The notes under the pieces were generated by a model. The model was not told where the DNA came from. It ran no database searches and was given only the letters and a program-made list of their open reading frames with translations. The position numbers and the translations under genes are program-made. From a virus (Duplodnaviria; Heunggongvirae; Uroviricota; Caudoviricetes): 64,000 nucleotides of DNA. The stretch lies in IMG/VR virus record IMGVR_UViG_3300006217_000002. One strand, 5' to 3'. This document shows, piece by piece, positions 10,561-19,180 of this stretch. Every line of letters begins with the position of its first letter. Position 1 is the stretch's first letter.

Positions 10561-10614
10561 AATTTATATATTATACTTATAATAAATATAATAAGAAAAG
10601 AGGTTTGGTTATTT

Positions 10615-12003
10615 ATGGCATTTGAAGATATATATAAAAGTCTATTAGAAGATGAAAACAACTTCTTCAATAGCCAAGACTTTGGGGATGATTATCAAGG
10701 AGCAGATGAAGGAGAAGATTTCTTAACTAGTAAAGAAATAGTTAAGATGAAAGAGCATCCTGAAACTAATCCTGGAATACAGCTTCCTCCTGGTCCCGTT
10801 GAGATAGAAGAAACATTTGGATATTTTAAGAGATATAATACTCGTAGAGAGCATAAATATACAGAAACTGAAATGAAAGAAATAAGAGAGTCATGTGTTC
10901 ACACAATAGTTCATGACTATAGTGAACATGACGAATATCATATGAGTGATGAAGAACGAGCTCGTAATGATTCTCTTCAAGAGTTAAATTTGAAACTCGG
11001 ATCTCTTAAAAGAATCTATAGAAAAGTAGATCAGTACATTGAAGCAATGAGAGTAGTAGTTGAAGCATGGGAACTTCTTGAAAAGAAAGAAAACTATCTA
11101 CATTCATCAGACGAATTCTTCAGCTTGGTATCATGCGGAAAGATTTATCATAATAGAATTCCTATGCCTAAATTAAAAGGAATGGATAAATATAACATAG
11201 ACATGATTATCAAATATATATCTAATCCTGAATTAGATCCTAAGGATCTTGTACCTATTAAAGAAGAGAAGAGAGATCCTTGGTACGATCAATTCTTAGC
11301 TGAAGAAGATGGAGATTATGAATCAGAAGAAGAAATGATGGAAAGATTGTTATCACCAGAAGAAGTGGAATATATTCTTCATAATGCTGATAATCCTCCT
11401 GCGTTCAGAGTTAAAGATATCAAAGGTAAATACATTAAGGGATACGATGTACGATCATTCGGCAGATCTAATAAAAAGAAGATGAAGAAGAAAGAGAGAT
11501 ATATAGCTGATGGCCTTCATGATATATTAAATAAGATTCAAAGTAATCCAAATAATAGAGGACAAAATAACGAAAGAAGCTATCTAGTAACTAATAGTTT
11601 ATTTGAGCCTCCTAAGAAGGAAAAGAATGTCTGGGATGAAATGAGATTTGAAGGATCTTGGGCTGATGACGACGCCGTATTCTTATACGATATTGCTGTA
11701 AGAGAAGAGTTAATGAAAGAACTCACTCCTGGTAATGCTTATGTAACTTATGCCGATAGAGAGTTGCAGAAGTTCTTTAAGACATTAGAGGAAAATGGAG
11801 TAAACGTTATAGAGCTTCGTCGTAAAATGAATATGTCAGACGAGAAAGCTAAAGCTGCTGAGACTAAGAAAGAGAGGAAAGAAAATAGAAAAATTGAATC
11901 TGCTATCCTACAAAGGATCAGTAAGCTTAATGAAAGCCCTAAATTTAAGAAAATGGTAGCTAAGGCTGAAGCAGCGATAAATGAACAGATCAAAGAATAT
12001 TAA
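10615..12003 (+). CDS. Hypothetical highly charged protein
   Basis: 462-aa ORF preceded by TATATTAT (10567). Confidence 0.7.
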   Translation: MAFEDIYKSLLEDENNFFNSQDFGDDYQGADEGEDFLTSKEIVKMKEHPETNPGIQLPPGPVEIEETFGYFKRYNTRREHKYTETEMKEIRESCVHTIVHDYSEHDEYHMSDEERARNDSLQELNLKLGSLKRIYRKVDQYIEAMRVVVEAWELLEKKENYLHSSDEFFSLVSCGKIYHNRIPMPKLKGMDKYNIDMIIKYISNPELDPKDLVPIKEEKRDPWYDQFLAEEDGDYESEEEMMERLLSPEEVEYILHNADNPPAFRVKDIKGKYIKGYDVRSFGRSNKKKMKKKERYIADGLHDILNKIQSNPNNRGQNNERSYLVTNSLFEPPKKEKNVWDEMRFEGSWADDDAVFLYDIAVREELMKELTPGNAYVTYADRELQKFFKTLEENGVNVIELRRKMNMSDEKAKAAETKKERKENRKIESAILQRISKLNESPKFKKMVAKAEAAINEQIKEY

Positions 12004-12030
12004 TAATATATTGAAACTACAATAACACAG

Positions 12031-12066
12031 AATATAGAGCATTATAAAAGACTAATGCTCTATATT
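12031..12066. terminator. Hairpin upstream of RNase H
   Basis: AATATAGAGCATTA...TAATGCTCTATATT. Confidence 0.55.
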
Positions 12067-12089
12067 AATTTTGAAAGGAGAACAATATC

Positions 12090-12671
12090 ATGATTACTAT
12101 GCCTATTGAGTTATATACTGATGGTAGTAGTTTAAGAAACCCTGGAGCGTCTGGACTTGCATATGTCATCCGTTATTGGGACATGCCTGATGGATCTGAT
12201 TTGCCTGAACCAAAAATTATTGAAAAGAATCAGGGATTTAGGCTTTCTACAAACAATAGAATGGAGATCATGGCTGGTGTATGGGGCTTAAGAGCAATCA
12301 TTCAAAGTGTAGAGGATGGAACATTTGCTGGCTTAAAACAGATCAATCTGTTCAGTGATTCTGAATATTTTGTCAAAGCGGTTAACATGAAATGGATTGA
12401 CAAATGGATGCAGAATAATTGGATGACATCTGGATTCCAGGGAAGTAAACCCAAAGATGTTAAAAACAAAGATCTATGGGAACAATTAATTGAAACTAGA
12501 AATAAACTTCAATCAATGGGTATTGCTTTAACAATGACTCATGTCTTCGGACATAACGGAAATGAATTTAATGAAAGGGCAGATAACCTTGCTGTTGAGG
12601 CATCTAAAGGTACAAATCATATAATAGATGAAATGTATGAGAAACTGACAGATGTCATGAACAGGAGGTAA
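12090..12671 (+). CDS. rnhA: Ribonuclease HI
   Basis: YTDGSSLRNPG, TNNRMEI, SDSEY, VKNKDLW, HVFGHNGNEFNERADNLA. Confidence 0.95.
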   Translation: MITMPIELYTDGSSLRNPGASGLAYVIRYWDMPDGSDLPEPKIIEKNQGFRLSTNNRMEIMAGVWGLRAIIQSVEDGTFAGLKQINLFSDSEYFVKAVNMKWIDKWMQNNWMTSGFQGSKPKDVKNKDLWEQLIETRNKLQSMGIALTMTHVFGHNGNEFNERADNLAVEASKGTNHIIDEMYEKLTDVMNRR

Positions 12672-12675
12672 ACAT

Positions 12676-12822
12676 ATGTCTTATGAATCATTGAGATATC
12701 TTCCGATACTTAATGGTGTTACAATTATCGGAAATAAACGTTTCGAGGATTTCGGTCTTGTTCCTATGAACTCTGAAGAGATTACAGAGATTATGCTTGA
12801 AGTATTCGGTTATGTACTGTAA
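12676..12822 (+). CDS. 48-aa small protein absent from the ORF track
   Basis: RBS AGGAGGT; MSYESLRYLPILNGVTIIGNKRFEDFGLVPMNSEEITEIMLEVFGYVL; followed directly by a terminator. Confidence 0.7.
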   Translation: MSYESLRYLPILNGVTIIGNKRFEDFGLVPMNSEEITEIMLEVFGYVL

Positions 12823-12829
12823 ATTATGG

Positions 12830-12872
12830 GATATAAGTGGGAGGATTAATCCTCCCACTTATATCATTTTTT
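12830..12872 (+). terminator. Perfect 36-bp palindrome terminator
   Basis: GATATAAGTGGGAGGATT|AATCCTCCCACTTATATC plus T run. Confidence 0.85.
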
Positions 12873-12968
12873 TGTTTATATATTTTCATTTCGTATGTTA
12901 ATAAATCTTAAAAAATTAAGATTTGAGTATCAAATATTTAATTCTAAAAAATTTTAGAAAGGTGGAAA

Positions 12969-13205
12969 ATGATGAATAAAAAAATTATTTTGTACTCTAC
13001 TGGATGTCCTAACTGTAAACTTCTCAAAGAATATATGGATAAGAAAGATATTATATATGAAGAGAATAACTCAGTTGATGACATGGTAGCTAAAGGTTTT
13101 GATCGCGTTCCTATGTTAGAAGTCGATGGAGAAATATATGATTTCAACGAGGCGTTAATGATCATAAAAAAATATGTAATGGAGGTAAATAAAAATGAAG
13201 ACTAG
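12969..13205 (+). CDS. Glutaredoxin/NrdH-like redoxin
   Basis: LYSTGCPNC, GFDRVPMLEVDG. Confidence 0.88.
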   Translation: MMNKKIILYSTGCPNCKLLKEYMDKKDIIYEENNSVDDMVAKGFDRVPMLEVDGEIYDFNEALMIIKKYVMEVNKNED

Positions 13206-14946
13206 TAAAGAGATTGTAGAACCATATCTCATGAAGAAAGACTGGAGAGTTAAAGAGAATTCTAGCTCGCCATATATGTTCGGTGGAATGGTTCGTTACA
13301 TGATTGCTGAGGTAAGTAAAGATTACTGGCTGAGAGAAGTATATACTCCTTCTATCACTGAAGCATATGTTGATGGTCATATCCATTTACATGATCTTGG
13401 CGGATTAACAATTTATTGCTGTGGATACTCTCTTAAAGATATCCTAATGAAAGGTGTAAGAGGGATTGGTAATATTCCTGCAAGTACTCCAGCAAAACAT
13501 TTTGATTCTGCATTGAATCAAATAGCTAACCTTACAACAATTTTCCAGAATGAAATTATGGGTGCTGTAGCGTTTAATGATTTCGATACTTTACTGGCTC
13601 CGTTTATTAAGAGAGATAAACTTGACTATCATGAAGTAAAACAAAGTATGCAAAACTTCATATTTAGTATAAACTCTAATAGCAGATGTGGAGCAGAACC
13701 TGCATTCAGCAATGTAACTTTTGACTTAACTCCTCCTGCTGATATGTTAAAAGAATATGCTATTGTTGGAGGTGAACCTGTAAGTTTTACTTATGGATCT
13801 TGCCAACAGGAAATGGATATGTTTAATAGAGCATTCTTTGAAACGATGTTAGAAGGAGACGGAAACGGTAAACTATTTGCTTATCCTATTCCTACTTATA
13901 ATATCCATAAGAGATTTGACTGGGATAATCCCAATAATAAACTATTATGGGAGATGGCAGGTAAATACGGGACTCCATATTTTGCTAATTTCATTAATAG
14001 TGAAATGGATATATCAGATGTAAGAAGTATGTGCTGCCGCTTACGATTAGACTTAAAAGAGCTTCGTAGACGTAACGGAGGCTTATTTGGATCAGGAGAT
14101 TCAACTGGATCAATTGGAGTTGTTTCTATTAATCTTCCTCGTATTGGTTATGAAGCTAAACATGACACAGAAGAATTCTTTAAATCTTTAGATAAATATT
14201 TAGATATTGCTAAGAATAGTCTAGAGATTAAACGTTCATGGCTTCAGGAAAATGTTATTGAAACTAATCTTCTTCCTGCATATATGGAATATGTTGGTAC
14301 TATTGATAATCATTTTAGTACTATTGGCATTGTGGGAATGAATGAAATGTGCGAAAACTTATTTGGAAAAAATATTCTCGATGATGAATGTCATGCTTTC
14401 TGCGTTAAAGTTGGTGATCATATTCGTGAGAAACTGGTTCAATATCAGGAAGAAACTGGGCATCTTTATAATTACGAAGCAACACCTGCTGAGGGAACCT
14501 GTTATAGATTTGCGCTTGCTGATAAGAAACTTTATCCTGACATTATTACTCAAGGTGAAGGTGATAGTGTTTATTACACTAATAGCTGCCATATTCCTGT
14601 TAAATTGATTGAAAGTATTGATAAAACATTTGCTCATCAGAATGATTTGCAGGTGCAGTTCACAGGAGGAACAGTTATTCATTGTTATCTTGAGGGAGCA
14701 ATCTCAGGAGAACAAGCACGCTCAATTGTAAAGTCTATGTTTGAGCAATATGAAGTTCCATACATGAGTCTGTCCCCTATATCTAGATATTGTGATAACC
14801 ATGGATATATCATTGAACATGTTAACAATTGTCCCTATTGTCAGAGTAGGTTACATAAATATCAACGTGTAACTGGATATCTTAGAGATGTAGATAATTT
14901 TAATCCTGGCAAAGCTGCAGAATTTAAGGATAGGAATCAATTATGA
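13195..14946 (+). CDS. nrdD: Anaerobic (class III) ribonucleoside-triphosphate reductase, no ATP cone
   Basis: HLHDL, YCCG, SMCCRL finger loop, YNYEATPAEG, C-terminal Zn site, RVTGYL glycyl-radical motif. Confidence 0.95.
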   Translation: MKTSKEIVEPYLMKKDWRVKENSSSPYMFGGMVRYMIAEVSKDYWLREVYTPSITEAYVDGHIHLHDLGGLTIYCCGYSLKDILMKGVRGIGNIPASTPAKHFDSALNQIANLTTIFQNEIMGAVAFNDFDTLLAPFIKRDKLDYHEVKQSMQNFIFSINSNSRCGAEPAFSNVTFDLTPPADMLKEYAIVGGEPVSFTYGSCQQEMDMFNRAFFETMLEGDGNGKLFAYPIPTYNIHKRFDWDNPNNKLLWEMAGKYGTPYFANFINSEMDISDVRSMCCRLRLDLKELRRRNGGLFGSGDSTGSIGVVSINLPRIGYEAKHDTEEFFKSLDKYLDIAKNSLEIKRSWLQENVIETNLLPAYMEYVGTIDNHFSTIGIVGMNEMCENLFGKNILDDECHAFCVKVGDHIREKLVQYQEETGHLYNYEATPAEGTCYRFALADKKLYPDIITQGEGDSVYYTNSCHIPVKLIESIDKTFAHQNDLQVQFTGGTVIHCYLEGAISGEQARSIVKSMFEQYEVPYMSLSPISRYCDNHGYIIEHVNNCPYCQSRLHKYQRVTGYLRDVDNFNPGKAAEFKDRNQL

Positions 14947-15428
14947 GATATCTAACAATTCTTGATGAAGACTTCAATAATTATAAAAAACCATCGATGT
15001 TTATTGGGACGATATCGTGTGGTGGAAAATGCTGTGAAGAAGCAGGAATACCTCTCTGTGTTTGTCAAAATAATACATGGAGGAATAAGACTCCAAAATC
15101 TCAAAATAATGACGAAATTATAGGAAGATACTTTTCAAACAAATTAACATCTTCTATTGTATTTGGAGGTCTTGAGCCATTTGAACAATGGGAAGAGCTT
15201 TATGAATTCATTAAGTGTTTACGTATTAAATATAGCTGCTATGATGATGTAGTTATATATACAGGCTATAATAAAGATGAAATTGATTCTCAAGTATTAA
15301 ATCTTAAACAATTTGAGAATATAATAATCAAATTTGGAAGATATGTTCCTAATCAAGAAAAACACTTTGATGAAGTTCTAGGAGTATTCCTTGCTTCAGA
15401 CAATCAATATGGGGAGAAACTATCATGA
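14943..15428 (+). CDS. nrdG: Class III RNR activase
   Basis: Follows nrdD; CGGKCC..CVCQN, FGGLEPF, IYTGY, KFGRY, LASDNQY. Confidence 0.88.
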   Translation: MRYLTILDEDFNNYKKPSMFIGTISCGGKCCEEAGIPLCVCQNNTWRNKTPKSQNNDEIIGRYFSNKLTSSIVFGGLEPFEQWEELYEFIKCLRIKYSCYDDVVIYTGYNKDEIDSQVLNLKQFENIIIKFGRYVPNQEKHFDEVLGVFLASDNQYGEKLS

Positions 15429-15607
15429 ACTATTATGAATCAGATGATAATCAAAGAGTTGATGCTATCAAAAAGGCATTAGAAAAAAATAATGGCTATT
15501 GCCCATGTAGACTTATTAAAAATGAGGATACTAAATGTCCTTGTAAAGAGTTTAGAGAAAGTAATGAGCCTGGTAAATGCCATTGCGGTTTATATGTAAG
15601 GAAATAA
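15425..15607 (+). CDS. Ferredoxin:thioredoxin reductase catalytic-subunit-like protein
   Basis: GYCPCR..KCPCKEF..CHCGLY (CPC/CPC/CHC signature). Confidence 0.85.
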   Translation: MNYYESDDNQRVDAIKKALEKNNGYCPCRLIKNEDTKCPCKEFRESNEPGKCHCGLYVRK

Positions 15608-15615
15608 TTATAATA

Positions 15616-15650
15616 AATAAGGGGTGGAATTTCCACCCCTTATTATTTTT
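15616..15650. terminator. Bidirectional terminator
   Basis: AATAAGGGGTGGAA-T-TTCCACCCCTTATT between convergent genes. Confidence 0.85.
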
Positions 15651-15666
15651 TAACGATGTTACATAC

Positions 15667-17229
15667 TTACAGTCTGTCACAGAAATCAGAATCAAGTGAG
15701 ATCCAACCATTTCTATTTTTCTTGTAGCTAGAAAGTAATCCCCATTTAGAAGCTCCAGGACCATCAGCTTCTTCTACAATTGTAAACACACCGATACCAG
15801 TATATTTACCAACCTTATCAGTATTAGTACCAGGGCCTCTACGAATATTAAGATCAGGAATCTTTACTTTAATACGATAAGGAAATTTCGAAGATCCAGA
15901 AGATCCAATTTTAGCAAGATCAGTTTCATTGACCCATCCATATACAGTAGATCCTTCACCTTTTACTGCAACTACATGATATGGATGAGCTGCTCCTTTA
16001 GCCTCAGCTGTAATTGTTGCTTTACCAGGCTTACAAGCACTTCCGCTATTTCCAGTGGAACTTACATAATGCTTGTTGCCTTTAAAGTTAACAACGTCAC
16101 CTTTAGCAAATTTTGTTCCAGAACTACTAGGAGTAGACGGTGTAGGTGCAGGAGTTGGTGTAGATGATCCACTTCCTAAAGCTTTATTGATCGCATTTGC
16201 AAGTTCAGCATATCTTGAGTATAACCAATTTCCAGGACAACTTTTATTAGCAAACCATCTATGAGCTGTAAGACGCATCTCATTGCTCTTAGGTACATAA
16301 GCTAATTCTTTTTCTTTACTACCGAGCCATACAACTTTATTTTTACCATTCCTTCTACAGATATCAACACAAAGCTCAATAAGCTTGTTGTATACTGTAG
16401 TATTGAATGCATAAGGCTCAGTCTTATCAGATGCACATTCGATAGTTACAGCCCTCTGATCGTTTTCATTACTAGAAGTACACCAACTTCTATTACACTC
16501 ATCTACACAGAGTACTACTCTACCATCTACACCAATACCGTAGTTACATGAAGCACTACGAGAAGGACTGGTGAAACATCCACCAATTGCCTCTGCTCCT
16601 AACTGTCCTACTACACAATGCGGTGTTAATGTATCAATAGCGTGAGTTCTTTTACCGCTATGATTTGGGCTCTTAACAACGCAATTCACTAAGCTACTAT
16701 TACTCATAGTACTATCCCCTTTCACATTAGATTTGGCATACTTATCATAGTATACCTGTGAATATGAAGCTCTCTTGTTTTGAACTGATTCGCTTTTATT
16801 CGCCGGATTCTCGAAATCAAACAAAACTGCATTAGAAGCTTCTTTAACTGAAGTTGCTCTATTTAGAACACTGGTAACTTTTGTATATCCCCGAAGTTCA
16901 ATACATAAGAATTCCAGTTGTCCCTCGAAGTCTCCGATAGACTTTCCTTTAGACTTAAGATAGTTATATAGTGCTTCTTTTCTCGTATAGAAAGTCCATT
17001 GTGCAAGTCCGTATCCAGCTTTATCATTGATAAAATTCTTGTATGTACCATTATCAACTTTAGCAGTATACTCTGCATCTGTCATTCCAAATTTTTTATT
17101 GAACGTATTTTGAAGATTAGTTGATTCTAACCCAGATTCAGCAAAGATATTACCAATGACAGCAGCTACTCCAAAATCATTGTAGCCTTCTTTGGATAAC
17201 CTTTCCCACATTAATCGTTCTCTATCCAT
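15667..17229 (-). CDS. Modular endolysin: phage tail lysozyme domain + Amidase_2 + SH3-like wall-binding domains
   Basis: GNIFAESGL..GYGLAQWT..FENPA; SPNHSG..TPHCVVG..SCNYGIG..TIECA..HRWFANKSCPG; P/T linker; LNIRRGPGT..GWISL. Confidence 0.9.
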   Translation of the reverse strand: MDRERLMWERLSKEGYNDFGVAAVIGNIFAESGLESTNLQNTFNKKFGMTDAEYTAKVDNGTYKNFINDKAGYGLAQWTFYTRKEALYNYLKSKGKSIGDFEGQLEFLCIELRGYTKVTSVLNRATSVKEASNAVLFDFENPANKSESVQNKRASYSQVYYDKYAKSNVKGDSTMSNSSLVNCVVKSPNHSGKRTHAIDTLTPHCVVGQLGAEAIGGCFTSPSRSASCNYGIGVDGRVVLCVDECNRSWCTSSNENDQRAVTIECASDKTEPYAFNTTVYNKLIELCVDICRRNGKNKVVWLGSKEKELAYVPKSNEMRLTAHRWFANKSCPGNWLYSRYAELANAINKALGSGSSTPTPAPTPSTPSSSGTKFAKGDVVNFKGNKHYVSSTGNSGSACKPGKATITAEAKGAAHPYHVVAVKGEGSTVYGWVNETDLAKIGSSGSSKFPYRIKVKIPDLNIRRGPGTNTDKVGKYTGIGVFTIVEEADGPGASKWGLLSSYKKNRNGWISLDSDFCDRL

Positions 17230-17244
17230 ATCAATCCTTTCCGA

Positions 17245-17733
17245 TCAAGAATCGATTTCCTGATCTAATACATCAACCTCTTCAATTACGACACGAGTAT
17301 TCTTCTTAAGAAGTTCAACTGTATTATTCACAGCTAAAACTAAAACATCAGGAGATAGATCAATATCATATACATCTCCACTTCTTGCTAACCCTGCCAT
17401 AGTACAATCAACTACATGCTCAATCACATCTACGAGTGTAATATCATTATGAACATATGACTTGAGGTGATGTCTCTCTTCTGTTATATGTTTTTGGTAC
17501 CAATTTGTTTCTTTAATCTTCCCGCTAGTTAATGCTGCATAGAATTCATCCATCATATCAATTTTTGTATGATCATGGAATGCGCCTCTTGACTGAATTA
17601 ATTCTGCAATGAATCCAAGACCTTTTGATACGTCTTTGATATGGCTCTCAGTACTCTTTCTAAGTTCATCTACAGTTAATTCATCTTTTGAAGTTCTGCT
17701 ATCAGCGTTTGGACTTTTAGTAATTTCTATCAT
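17245..17733 (-). CDS. Hypothetical His-rich protein (HD-like metal site possible)
   Basis: HIKDV..HDHTK..HITEERHH..DVIEHVVD. Confidence 0.6.
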   Translation of the reverse strand: MIEITKSPNADSRTSKDELTVDELRKSTESHIKDVSKGLGFIAELIQSRGAFHDHTKIDMMDEFYAALTSGKIKETNWYQKHITEERHHLKSYVHNDITLVDVIEHVVDCTMAGLARSGDVYDIDLSPDVLVLAVNNTVELLKKNTRVVIEEVDVLDQEIDS

Positions 17734-17878
17734 TTCAATATAAACTCCTTTCTATGTTTTTATTATTAACTCGTTAAACATTAATAATCAATAGGAAGTA
17801 TTTGTGTACCGACTTATTAATAACATTCAAAAGTCGGACATTGTTCCAATAAAATATTTAGTAAAGGAGATAAGTGAT

Positions 17879-19060
17879 ATGCTTAATGGAATCAAAGCTA
17901 TGATTAATGAGAAAAAAGAATTTACTGAGGCTGCTGATCTCTTATTAGAAGAAACATCTCTCATCGGTAAATTAGATGATAGTATCGTTTTAGGAGAAGC
18001 TGCTGATGACGAACCGGAAGAGAAGCCTGAACAGGATGAAGAGAAAAAAGAAGAACCTGAAGCTACAGGTGAAGAAAATGATGATGAAGGAGAAGAGCCT
18101 AAAGAAGTTGAAGATATCGAAAATGCTCCAATTGAGGATGAACCTGTAGCTGCAGGAAGTAATGAAAACGATATTCTCAATGCTCCTATTGATGGTTCTG
18201 ACGAAACTCCGATGAATCTTCCTGGGGATGATCTTCCTACTCCTGTTGGAAAACAAACTGGAGAGCCAATTGAAGATGCAGATATTTTATCTACAGAGAT
18301 CGATCTTGGATCTAATACAATGAAAGATGTGTTGCCTGTTCCTCCTGGAAATGCACCTGAAGCTGTAAATGATGATGTATTGAATCAGAGAATCGATGAC
18401 GGATTCGGTGGTGGTGAGGAACCTGGTCCTAGTACTGAGGAGAATCCGGACAATCCTCTTGGCTCTCCTACAGAACCAATCCCTGAACCTGAGCAGAAAC
18501 CTGCAGAGGAAAGCGGAAGTGATCCTGAGGAGCCATTAGGTGATGATCCTGAATTTGAATCAACATTGTTTGCCGGATTAGAGAATCTTGATGAATCAAC
18601 TAAGAAAACCATCATGGATCGTTTAAAGAAAAAGAATTGTGATGACGATTGTAAAGATGGGAAAGATTGCAAGAAGAAATGTGAAGATCATAAAGATTCT
18701 GATGGAGATGGCAAATGTGATAAGTGTGATGAGAAAATGGTAGAGGGATACATCACTATGTCAGATGATGACGAACCATTCACAGAAGAGATTCTTATGA
18801 GCGGAAATGAAAAGTCTGAGGAGAAACCTGCTGAAACAGGTACAGAAGATACTGCATCTGTAGAAGAACCAACCGAGGAACCTGTTGCAGAAGACAGTCC
18901 TGTTACTGCCGCTGTAAAAGATAAAGTAGCAGAAACAGAAGCTCCGCTTGAAGCAGAAACTCCCGAAGGAGATATCAAAGATACGCTAATGAAAAAACTC
19001 GCTTCTATGACTAAAAGTATGGAAGATGTAAAACTTCAGGTATCCAAATTAGCTCAGTAA
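17879..19060 (+). CDS. Very acidic, low-complexity protein; possible prohead scaffold
   Basis: RBS AAAGGAG before ATG 17879; E/D/P-rich; many x-x-E|A/S sites; immediately upstream of the portal. Confidence 0.5.
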   Translation: MLNGIKAMINEKKEFTEAADLLLEETSLIGKLDDSIVLGEAADDEPEEKPEQDEEKKEEPEATGEENDDEGEEPKEVEDIENAPIEDEPVAAGSNENDILNAPIDGSDETPMNLPGDDLPTPVGKQTGEPIEDADILSTEIDLGSNTMKDVLPVPPGNAPEAVNDDVLNQRIDDGFGGGEEPGPSTEENPDNPLGSPTEPIPEPEQKPAEESGSDPEEPLGDDPEFESTLFAGLENLDESTKKTIMDRLKKKNCDDDCKDGKDCKKKCEDHKDSDGDGKCDKCDEKMVEGYITMSDDDEPFTEEILMSGNEKSEEKPAETGTEDTASVEEPTEEPVAEDSPVTAAVKDKVAETEAPLEAETPEGDIKDTLMKKLASMTKSMEDVKLQVSKLAQ

Positions 19061-19076
19061 TACAACATAGCTAAAC

Positions 19077-19114
19077 ATATATGAGAGTGGACTTGATTGT
19101 CCACTCTCATATAT
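19077..19114. terminator. Terminator hairpin
   Basis: ATATATGAGAGTGGAC-TTGATT-GTCCACTCTCATATAT. Confidence 0.8.
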
Positions 19115-19180
19115 AATAAGACTTGAAGTTTGGTACTGCTTATTAATTTTTATTTTTAGATAGAAGGAGTTGATATAATT

